Assembly (NCBI GenBank): GCA_942492995.1
Contig: OW818653.1
Location: 1,860,001-1,892,000, forward strand
Source: an uncultured Erysipelotrichaceae bacterium
Lineage (GTDB): Bacteria > Bacillota_I > Bacilli_A > Erysipelotrichales > Erysipelotrichaceae
Reading direction: 5' to 3'
Length of the DNA: 32,000 nucleotides
The notes beneath the pieces were generated by a model that was not told where the DNA came from, did not search any database, and worked only from the letters and a program-made list of their open reading frames with translations. The position numbers and the translations under genes are program-made. Shown here in pieces: positions 1 through 7,246 of the stretch (positions are counted from its first letter, which is position 1; each line of letters starts with the position of its first letter).

Positions 1-676
1 TTCTGCCTTGATTAATACATGATAGTATCCCATTGGACACATCGCGTACATCCACGAAATCATATCCACCCTGAGTCCCAATCTTTAAATGATCATTCAT
101 ATAATCCAAGACTAGACTTGTTAGATTTCCTCAACCATAATCATTTGGTCCACATATTCCAGATGGATGAATAATATTCGCATTTAAGCCTTTTTGTATT
201 GCGTCATATACATAAGCGCTTGCCTCAGACTTTGTCTTGGCATAATACCCCACAACATTATCTGGATTAAACTCTTTTATCTCTGATATACATTCTTTAT
301 TACATTTCTCTGGTATCGCATGAACTGAACTAACGTAGATTAATCGTTTCACATTCTTCGCTAAGCATAGATCCACAATGTTCATTGTTCCTAAAACATT
401 AACTCTATGAACCAATTCATTGTATTTAGATGTGATGGACACAATCCCTGCACAATGAATCACAATCAATTCACTATCACTCGAACAATCAAAGAATGGA
501 CGTAAACTATTCTTATCTGTGACATCACCATAAAAGACTTCTAAGTTACCTTTTGGGATGTATTTCTCACTTGGTAATACCAAGATTCGTATTGTTTTAT
601 TGTGATTTAATAGATCTTGTATGACCGTACGACCTAAATGACCTGCCGCACCTGTCACGAGATAAACTTCATTCAT
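1..676 (-). pseudogene. NAD-dependent epimerase/dehydratase (extended SDR) family gene with one in-frame TGA at 128-130; 3' end lies beyond the window
   Basis: N-terminus MNEVYLVTGAAGHLGRTV has the Rossmann GxxGxxG motif. GAGGA lies 6 nt upstream of the ATG at 676. The ORF stops at TGA 128-130, but the same frame continues GNLTSLVLDYMNDHLKIGTQGGYDFVDVRDVSNGILSCINQGR to position 1. Confidence 0.6.
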
Positions 677-982
677 AGCACGTCCTCGATTAATCAAAGT
701 ATATCACTAAAATTGATATGATTTTACGAAAGAAATCGCATGAATTTCTGCCTAAAAACTATGGTTTTATTCAAAATGTAAATATTTCACATAAATTTCA
801 CAGTTCTTACATTGTATTTTCATAGAAACAATTTATACTAATCTCATAACAAGGGAAGCGATAAACAAAACTTCATTTCATTGTTCCCCCTAAAATATAA
901 AAAAGAACCTTGTTTATTAAAATCGTACTGGCAGCGTACGATTTTTAATTTCTTGTCGTATAATGAAATTGGAGGTACACCT

Positions 983-1381
983 ATGAAATCCTATCTATTT
1001 CGACTTATGCCTGATCAAGATATCAAGGATGAGCTTGTAAAGTTTGCGGAGTCTAATAATATTAAAGTGGGATCAATTGTATCTGCAGTTGGCAGTGTTT
1101 CTAGAATGAATGTAAGAGTTGCGGATGGAAAAACGGTAATCGAAAATAATGAAAATCGCGAAGTCTTTGCGTTGACGGGCACAATTGTACAGAATAAAGT
1201 TCATGCACATATTGCGGCAATTAACCCTAGCATGGAAGTGTTTGGTGGTCATTTGATGGTTGGATGTTTAGTTAATACAACGATGGAAATAACTGTACTA
1301 GATTTAAGTGATGATGTCGTTGCACATCGTGTATTCGATGAAAATACTGGATATGATGAGCTGTTTATTGACAAGGAATAA
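983..1381 (+). CDS. PPC (DUF296) domain protein
   Basis: GGAGG at 971-975 precedes the ATG at 983. MKSYLFRLMPDQDI...EVFALTGTI...HAHIAAI...GGHLMVGCLV...EITVL matches the PPC/DUF296 pattern. The 881 TTG start in the ORF track is an unlikely extension. Confidence 0.7.
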   Translation: MKSYLFRLMPDQDIKDELVKFAESNNIKVGSIVSAVGSVSRMNVRVADGKTVIENNENREVFALTGTIVQNKVHAHIAAINPSMEVFGGHLMVGCLVNTTMEITVLDLSDDVVAHRVFDENTGYDELFIDKE

Positions 1382-1404
1382 TAAATTTATTACGATTTAG
1401 TAGC

Positions 1405-1480
1405 GCCGACTTAGCTCAAATGGTAGAGCAACTGAATCGTAATCAGTAGGTTGCGGGTTCAAGTCCTGTAGTCGGCACCA
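1405..1480 (+). tRNA. tRNA-Thr (anticodon CGT), CCA encoded
   Basis: Hand-folded cloverleaf: acceptor GCCGACT/AGTCGGC, D arm GCTC/GAGC, anticodon stem ACTGA/TCAGT with loop ATCGTAA, T loop TTCAAGT; 76 nt. Confidence 0.85.
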
Positions 1481-1489
1481 TTGACGACT

Positions 1490-1513
1490 AAAGCCTTTTA
1501 ATAAGGCTTTTTT
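1490..1513 (+). terminator. Intrinsic terminator after tRNA-Thr
   Basis: Stem AAAGCCTT/AAGGCTTT with loop TTAAT, followed by a T run. Confidence 0.6.
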
Positions 1514-1759
1514 AATTGTTGAAATGGTAAGGTTAACTACTTATTAGAATATCAATAAATAGATTAGGAAAAGTATAAATACTTCACGACATAAGTCAAA
1601 ACATATTCCATGAGTTTAGAGTGTTAAAAAAAGAAATGTGCTTTGTTTCGAGATTCTTAGATTATTGAATATTTCTTAAAATATATGGGTGTAAATAAAA
1701 ACGTGCCCAATATTTGCGTTTTATCTGCACGTTTAATTAAATTGTTATTATACAATTAT

Positions 1760-2209
1760 TCAAATCTTCTGCTTGATTGGCGTTAAAGCGATAACCATCG
1801 TATGTGAGAGACGGTCTGGGATTGGACGTTTCTTGGATCCGAATAACAGAGGCCAATATCCTATCCCAAGCAAGGTCAATGAGATGATCTTCGTTATGTA
1901 GCGGATAATCAGGCGAAGCACGTCGACTTTGCCTTGTTTATCATCAAGGACTTTCATTGACATCATGCGTTTGCCAACAGTTCCCTTCCATGGACTGAGT
2001 TCACAGCCTATGAAGTAGATGGCTGTGAGGACTGCAGGAATCCAGGATCCAAAGCGCATGAGAAAATTGGTTATAGGTAGAATTAGAAACATGTCAAAAA
2101 TGAAGGCGATAATGCGTTTCCAGGCGGGGGCTTCGATCCATTCCATCTGGGTTTTTACTGTGTCCATCAAACGTTGTTCGATGGAGGATTTCTTAGTTTT
2201 TTTTGTCAT
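1760..2209 (-). CDS. RDD family membrane protein
   Basis: Has the spaced R..D..D signature residues (WKRIIAFIFDMFL ... IPDRLSHTMV) and three hydrophobic segments. Ends in TGA. Confidence 0.65.
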   Translation of the reverse strand: MTKKTKKSSIEQRLMDTVKTQMEWIEAPAWKRIIAFIFDMFLILPITNFLMRFGSWIPAVLTAIYFIGCELSPWKGTVGKRMMSMKVLDDKQGKVDVLRLIIRYITKIISLTLLGIGYWPLLFGSKKRPIPDRLSHTMVIALTPIKQKI

Positions 2210-2217
2210 TCGATGTA

Positions 2218-2529
2218 CTATCTTTCGATGCTTACGCTATCTTTAAATATTTGCAGGACTTGAGCTGTACCATAGTGAGAACCTTTGACTAGAGCGTTGG
2301 GAATTCCTTTTAATGCGAGTTCTTTTTCTATCTCAGGTTTCCATGCGATAACTTCGGTGGATAAGAGGACGAAGTCGGGTTGATAGGTGTCAACTATAAT
2401 CATATGGTCGGGATACAAAGCTAACTCGACGTCGTAAGCGAGTTCTTGTTTGGCTTGGTGATCACGTACGTGTTTCATAAAACGTTGGGTTTGTAAGCTA
2501 TTTCGACTAATTATGAGTACTTTTTTCAT
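2218..2529 (-). CDS. PTS lactose/cellobiose-type EIIB-like protein lacking the catalytic cysteine
   Basis: 103 aa and colinear with EIIB(cel) (MKKVLIIS..., ...VLLSTEV..., KGIPNALV..., HYG). The phospho-Cys P-loop position reads SRNSLQTQ instead of CxxGxSTS. Confidence 0.55.
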   Translation of the reverse strand: MKKVLIISRNSLQTQRFMKHVRDHQAKQELAYDVELALYPDHMIIVDTYQPDFVLLSTEVIAWKPEIEKELALKGIPNALVKGSHYGTAQVLQIFKDSVSIER

Positions 2530-2660
2530 GTTACCATCCGTAATTATTAGGTCTCTAGAGGAATTGTTTTAATTCTTATTTAATGTAGATGAGGGTATTA
2601 TCTTAAGCTCTTCACTGAGAATGAATCCGCTTGATTACAAAGAGTAGGTTCATCCTATAG

Positions 2661-2690
2661 AAAGATAAAGGGTTGCTTACGCAGCCCTTT
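2661..2690 (-). terminator. Intrinsic terminator after the EIIC gene
   Basis: Minus-strand RNA folds as AAAGGGCUGC-GUAA-GCAACCCUUU (10-bp stem, one C.A mismatch), then AUCUUUC. It begins 10 nt after the EIIC stop. Confidence 0.55.
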
Positions 2691-2699
2691 GACTTGAAA

Positions 2700-3971
2700 C
2701 TATTTTGAACTTTGTTCCAATGCGTATTGCTTACGATCCCACATAGCGATGAACGGATAGTAGAACACGACGACGATGGCCATGTTGATGACTTGTAATA
2801 CGACAGCTCTCCAGTCACCACCGGTGGATAGGAATCCTGAGATGAAAACAGGTGTGGTCCAAGGAACAGAGGCGACAATCTTATTGACAAGACCTAAACT
2901 CATTGCGAAGTATGTGATTGTTGCGACTACGAGTGGAGATAAAAGGTAAGGAATGATTAGAATTGGATTTAAGACGATTGGTAGACCGAATACGATAGGT
3001 TCGTTGATGTTGAAGATACCAGGACCTAAAGAGAGTCTTCCAACCAATTTCAAAGTCTTGGATTTCGAGAAGAAGGCGCAAACAACGGCTAAACCTAATG
3101 TACCACCGGTACCACCAACGTTCAAGAATAGGGATTGGAATCCTTCGACAGCGACGTTCGCGACTTGCGCACCGGTACGCCATGCTTCTACGTTTTGGAG
3201 TAATCCAGCGGTAAGCATTGGGTTAACGACGGAACCGACAATCAAATCGCCGTGTAAGCCGAAACACCAGAAAATCGAAATGAAGAAACTGGTAAGCATA
3301 GAACCGATGAAACTGGCACTAACAGCTACAAGCGGTGCCTGTAAAATGGTGACTATGAAATTGCCTGCGGTACCATAAGATGTCATGGCGAAGAGAACGT
3401 GTAGTAATGCAAATAAACCGATTACGACGGCTCCAGGAACCAAAGCGATGAATGAACGACTAATATTGACAGGAACACTGTCAGGAAGCTTAATAACGAG
3501 ACCGGATTTAACGATTTTAACGTAAATTTCGGCAACAACCAAAGCGGTGATAATAGCAAGGAACAATCCTTCAGCGCCTAATGCGCCAGATTGCCAAACA
3601 CCATCAGCTCCATTTTGAAGTAGGAAGAATGCTGAGACGGATAAGACTGCTGCGACGATGCCGTCTTCCTTATATCCTAATGCTAAGGAATAGGCAATCC
3701 CAATAACTGCGATGAGAGCCGCGAGGCTCATGGTTGATTGGAATACGATTCCCCAAATGAAATCATCCCAAGCAGGAAAGATTCCAGTAATGAATTCAGC
3801 CCATCCCGGAATCGGGAAATCGGTACTGAAAATGATGACAATCGAACCAACGATCATCAACGGCATGGTCAAAATCAAACCATCACGGATGGCTATCAGA
3901 TGACGTTGTGCAGATACTTTGGAGGCTATTGGAAACAACTTCGATTCAAAGAATTCGGTAAGTTTATCCAT
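2700..3971 (-). CDS. PTS lactose/cellobiose family EIIC permease
   Basis: 423 aa polytopic protein. MDKLTEFFESKLFPIASKVSAQRHLIAIRDG... and ...NINEPIVFGLPIVLNP... are typical of CelB/LicC-type EIIC. Confidence 0.85.
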   Translation of the reverse strand: MDKLTEFFESKLFPIASKVSAQRHLIAIRDGLILTMPLMIVGSIVIIFSTDFPIPGWAEFITGIFPAWDDFIWGIVFQSTMSLAALIAVIGIAYSLALGYKEDGIVAAVLSVSAFFLLQNGADGVWQSGALGAEGLFLAIITALVVAEIYVKIVKSGLVIKLPDSVPVNISRSFIALVPGAVVIGLFALLHVLFAMTSYGTAGNFIVTILQAPLVAVSASFIGSMLTSFFISIFWCFGLHGDLIVGSVVNPMLTAGLLQNVEAWRTGAQVANVAVEGFQSLFLNVGGTGGTLGLAVVCAFFSKSKTLKLVGRLSLGPGIFNINEPIVFGLPIVLNPILIIPYLLSPLVVATITYFAMSLGLVNKIVASVPWTTPVFISGFLSTGGDWRAVVLQVINMAIVVVFYYPFIAMWDRKQYALEQSSK

Positions 3972-3995
3972 TATTATGTCTTCTCCTTTTAAGCA

Positions 3996-4009
3996 TGTAA
4001 ACGCTTACT
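3996..4009. promoter_or_regulatory. Candidate CcpA catabolite-responsive element (cre) in the EIIC leader
   Basis: TGTAAACGCTTACT matches the cre consensus TGWAANCGNTNWCA at 13 of 14 positions. It sits between the predicted promoter and the EIIC start. Confidence 0.5.
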
Positions 4010-4016
4010 TAATTTG

Positions 4017-4045
4017 ATTATATGTTAATGGTTTGACATAATCAA
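4017..4045 (-). promoter_or_regulatory. Sigma-A type promoter for the EIIC gene
   Basis: On the minus strand: TTGATT (4045-4040), 17-nt spacer, TATAAT (4022-4017). Confidence 0.5.
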
Positions 4046-4302
4046 TACACTTATAGTAGATAATATGCAAGGTAATTTAAAATAGTATTGATACATAGAC
4101 AAATAAATAAGTTATGAAAATTATGTTAGAGATAACTAAAATACAGAAAATGATGCTTTTGTGGTAGCCAGTGCAAAATTAACTGTTGAAACATCATTAG
4201 GGATTTATAAAGCTGTCTTAAATACTAAATTATATTGAATTTTTTTAAATGGTATAATAATTTACAATAAATAACGAGCATATAACTATATTGGAGAACC
4301 TT

Positions 4303-5442
4303 ATGTTAAACCGTGTCATATGTATACCAGATTCATTTAAAGGAACACTAAGTTCATCACAAATAATCGCTATAACGAAATCAGTGTTTAATAAGCATAA
4401 TCCTGATGTTGATGTACTTGGTATAGAAGTCGCAGATGGTGGAGAAGGGACTGTAGACGCATTCCTTTCAATCTCTGGTGGTAGAAAGATTGTACATAAC
4501 GTAATTGGACCAAACTTTGAAAAGATAGATTCGTTTTATGGAATTCTTCCTGATAATGTAGCTGTGATTGAAATGGCCGCATGTGCAGGATTACCTTTAG
4601 TTAAAGATAATCTTAATCCGTTAATCACTACAACTTTTGGAGTTGGAGAACTTATGATATCCGCATGGGAGAATGGTTGTCGAAAGATAATAATAGGACT
4701 CGGTGGATCTTCTACTAATGATGGTGGTTGTGGAGCTGCGGTTGCGTTAGGGGTTAAATTTCTAGATGAATCTGGTAATGTATTTATTCCTACAGGAGGC
4801 ACATTAAATAAGATACATAAAATAGATGTCTCAAATGTTCATCCATTAATTAATGAAACGCAAATAATTACAATGTGTGATATAGATAATCCATTGTATG
4901 GAGAAAATGGAGCTGCCTATGTGTTTGGACCTCAAAAAGGTGCGGATGCTAGTATGGTTCAAGTCTTAGACCAAGGATTACGTAATCTATCAAGATGTAT
5001 CGAATCAGATTTAAATAAACAAGTATCTGATATGTCTGGATCTGGCGCAGCCGGAGGTATGGGTGGAGGTATGGTAGCATTCTTCAACAGTACACTTCAA
5101 TCAGGGATTGAGACAATCCTGGATATCGCAAAGTTTGATGAATTAATTAAGGATTGCGATTTGGTTATTACAGGTGAGGGTAGGATAGATTCGCAAACAC
5201 TTAGAGGTAAAGTACCAATTGGAGTTGCGAGAAGAGCTAAGAAATTAAATGTACCTGTTCTCTGTATCGTTGGGTCAATTGGAGACGGAATCGAAGAAGT
5301 TTATAATCATGGAATTACTTCAATAATAAGTATTAATAATCAACCACTTGATTTTAGTATCTCTAAATCTAAATCAGTAGAGAATTTGACCATTACGATG
5401 GATAATCTTGTTAGATTAATAAATAGTTCTATACATAAATAA
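4303..5442 (+). CDS. glxK: Glycerate kinase
   Basis: MLNRVICIPDSFKGTLSS..., ...VADGGEGT..., ...GLGGSSTNDGGCG..., ...VITGEGRIDSQT... are glycerate kinase family hallmarks. GGAGAA precedes the ATG at 4303. Confidence 0.85.
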   Translation: MLNRVICIPDSFKGTLSSSQIIAITKSVFNKHNPDVDVLGIEVADGGEGTVDAFLSISGGRKIVHNVIGPNFEKIDSFYGILPDNVAVIEMAACAGLPLVKDNLNPLITTTFGVGELMISAWENGCRKIIIGLGGSSTNDGGCGAAVALGVKFLDESGNVFIPTGGTLNKIHKIDVSNVHPLINETQIITMCDIDNPLYGENGAAYVFGPQKGADASMVQVLDQGLRNLSRCIESDLNKQVSDMSGSGAAGGMGGGMVAFFNSTLQSGIETILDIAKFDELIKDCDLVITGEGRIDSQTLRGKVPIGVARRAKKLNVPVLCIVGSIGDGIEEVYNHGITSIISINNQPLDFSISKSKSVENLTITMDNLVRLINSSIHK

Positions 5443-5530
5443 CGCTTAAATGGTTTTGATTTATCATCTTGTATTCTACAAACATTAGGATAATAATGAA
5501 CTTATAATCATTAATTGATAGGAGACCATA

Positions 5531-6565
5531 ATGACCCAGAACGAGATTACCAAGTTAGTGCAATTACTTGATTCTAAGGGTAATATTCTAGAACCAGGCT
5601 ATGCGAAGAAAGCTTTGTTTAAGTAAGATCGTAACGCAATAAAAGCGAATGGATTTAGAATAAAAGAATGGGATTATTATTGTGTCCTAAATGAACATTT
5701 TGGGATCGCATTAACTGTAGCAGATAATTCATATATGGGACTCGATTCAATTACTCTTTTCGACTTCGATCATAAGTCTGAAACTACCCAGAGTTTTATG
5801 CAATGGTTAACATTTGGCAAAAAGAATTTACCAGCTTCGTCTACTGTTGGGGTAGTAAATATAAATGCAACGACACATAAAATTCGTTTCTATCTTGATC
5901 AAGAGAGTCGAGTATTAGAGTTCAATGTATCAAATTTTAAGGATAATGTACCGTTGTCAGGGAAAATAATTCTTAGTAATGTACCAAGTGAAAGTATGGT
6001 AATCGCAACACCATTTGATAAAGATAAGCATTTTTACTTTAATCAAAAAATAAATTGTATGCGAGCTGAAGGTGTAATTATGTTTGGTTCAAAGAAATTA
6101 GTGTTTGAACCAAATAATTCGTTTGGCGTATTGGACTGGGGAAGAGGTGTTTGGACATATGCCAATACTTGGTATTGGGGTAGTGCGTCAGGGCTAGTTG
6201 ATAATAAAACATTTGGCTTCAATATAGGTTATGGATTTGGAAACACATCTGCCGCAACCGAAAACATGGTATTTTATGATGGTAAGGCACATAAACTAAA
6301 TCAAATAGTATTTAATATACCCAAGAAAACAGATGGGAATGATGATTATTTATCCCCATGGAAATTTACGAGTGATGATGGACATTTCGAAATGGATTTT
6401 ATACCATTATTGGATCGATCTTCTAACACTAAAGTTCTTGTTTTGGAATCAAACCAACATCAAGTATTTGGATACTTTACAGGATATGTAATACTCGATG
6501 ATGGGACGAAATTAGTCGTGAATAATTTACTAGGATTTGCGGAAAAGGTTATGAATCGTTGGTAA
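5531..6565 (+). pseudogene. DUF2804 family gene interrupted by one in-frame TAA (5624-5626)
   Basis: AGGAGA RBS then ATG at 5531: MTQNEITKLVQLLDSKGNILEPGYAKKALFK-TAA-DRNAIKANGFRIKEWDYYCVLNEHFGIALTVADNSYMGLDS... This is in frame with track ORF 5735-6565 (offset 204 nt). Total length about 344 codons, as expected for DUF2804. Confidence 0.65.
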
Positions 6566-6639
6566 GCTGATAGATTTCATATTCATACGATTGGTAAAAG
6601 AATGTTAAAGTTAGTAAGGAATAAATTTAAAGCAATTAT

Positions 6640-6673
6640 AAGGATATCTGAGACATATAAATCAGATATCCTT
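6640..6673. terminator. Bidirectional hairpin terminator between DUF2804 and the antitoxin-like gene
   Basis: Perfect 12-bp stem AAGGATATCTGA/TCAGATATCCTT with a 10-nt loop, flanked by A/T runs. Confidence 0.6.
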
Positions 6674-6754
6674 TATGTTAGTAAAGCATGAACAGTAAAC
6701 ACATATATTCTCTTTCCGCAATTCTTGATTCAATAAAAGTGCCATTAAATTTCA

Positions 6755-7030
6755 TTAATAATAAATACGACTACCATTTTCATCGATCGTAAATTTCTTA
6801 GTCTCACCATCTTCAAGTTGTTTTTTTGATTCCATAAATTTAAAATCATTCGCTATAGTTAATAACTCATTTAGAAAGTCTTCAGTAATTAAAACAGCGT
6901 TAGATTTACCTTTAACACGTCTGATAATTTGTATAGTATCATTCGTAACACTATCCAAAATTGCCCCGGTTTTATTCTTGAGCTCTGTTGCGTTTATAGA
7001 CTTAATTAATTTGTTTGTGTTTAATGTCAT
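6755..7030 (-). CDS. Phd/YefM-type antitoxin-like protein (no recognisable toxin partner)
   Basis: MTLNTNKLIKSINATELKNKTGAILDSVTNDTIQIIRRVKGKSNAVLITEDFLNELL follows the Phd/YefM N-terminal pattern. Start taken at internal ATG 7030 rather than 7081. Confidence 0.55.
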   Translation of the reverse strand: MTLNTNKLIKSINATELKNKTGAILDSVTNDTIQIIRRVKGKSNAVLITEDFLNELLTIANDFKFMESKKQLEDGETKKFTIDENGSRIYY

Positions 7031-7246
7031 AATGTACTCACTTTCACTTACTATAATATATAAAAACGGCCGGAAAATCAACCGTAATCATATATACTAT
7101 TAATCAATCTCTATTACATATATATAGATATTTATTAAGAAGTCCTAAAACAATTCTTTATCTAATCATTCGCAATTTTACGTATCTAGGATTATAATGT
7201 GCGTATAAAGATGATTACATATCATTCATTAAAAAGGAGGACTATT

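Noticed and set aside
881-982. N-terminal extension of the PPC-domain ORF from TTG 881. Similar long extensions apply to track ORFs 6755-7081, 7199-8383, 11048-12790, 30450-31490, 4291-5442 and 21526-22110.
   Set aside because: In each case an internal ATG preceded by a good Shine-Dalgarno sequence gives the family-typical N-terminus. The extensions lack RBSs and run through promoter or terminator-like sequence.
1481-1759. Integrated-element scar (att site) next to tRNA-Thr, and likewise next to tRNA-Leu (21085-22210).
   Set aside because: I found no direct repeat of either tRNA 3' end downstream and no integrase gene. The roughly 280-bp non-coding stretch after tRNA-Thr shows only terminator-like hairpins.
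2019-2246. Track ORF 2019-2246(+), antisense to the RDD gene.
   Set aside because: It lies almost entirely inside (antisense to) a supported gene on the other strand, with no RBS and an implausible sequence.
2612-3992. Track ORFs 2612-2890(-), 2881-3183(-), 2953-3378(+), 3712-3903(+) and 3738-3992(+), all overlapping the EIIC gene.
   Set aside because: These are shadow ORFs in alternative frames or antisense to a well-supported 423-aa permease gene. They have low-complexity or odd composition, no RBS and no recognisable family.
4388-4802. Track ORFs 4388-4582(-) and 4536-4802(-), inside the glycerate kinase gene.
   Set aside because: They are antisense shadow ORFs within a confidently assigned gene.
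128-5626. Alternative genetic code (for example TGA=Trp as in Mollicutes), or programmed stop-codon recoding linked to the nearby eRF1-like gene, as an explanation for the in-frame TGA (128-130) and TAA (5624-5626).
   Set aside because: TGA clearly terminates other genes here (RDD gene at 1760, trkA-2 at 16647-16649, the 30-codon ORF). TGG is used for Trp throughout, and long standard-code ORFs are intact. Two different stop codons are involved, and nothing in the sequence connects them to the baeRF-like gene. Independent nonsense mutations or sequencing errors are the simpler explanation.
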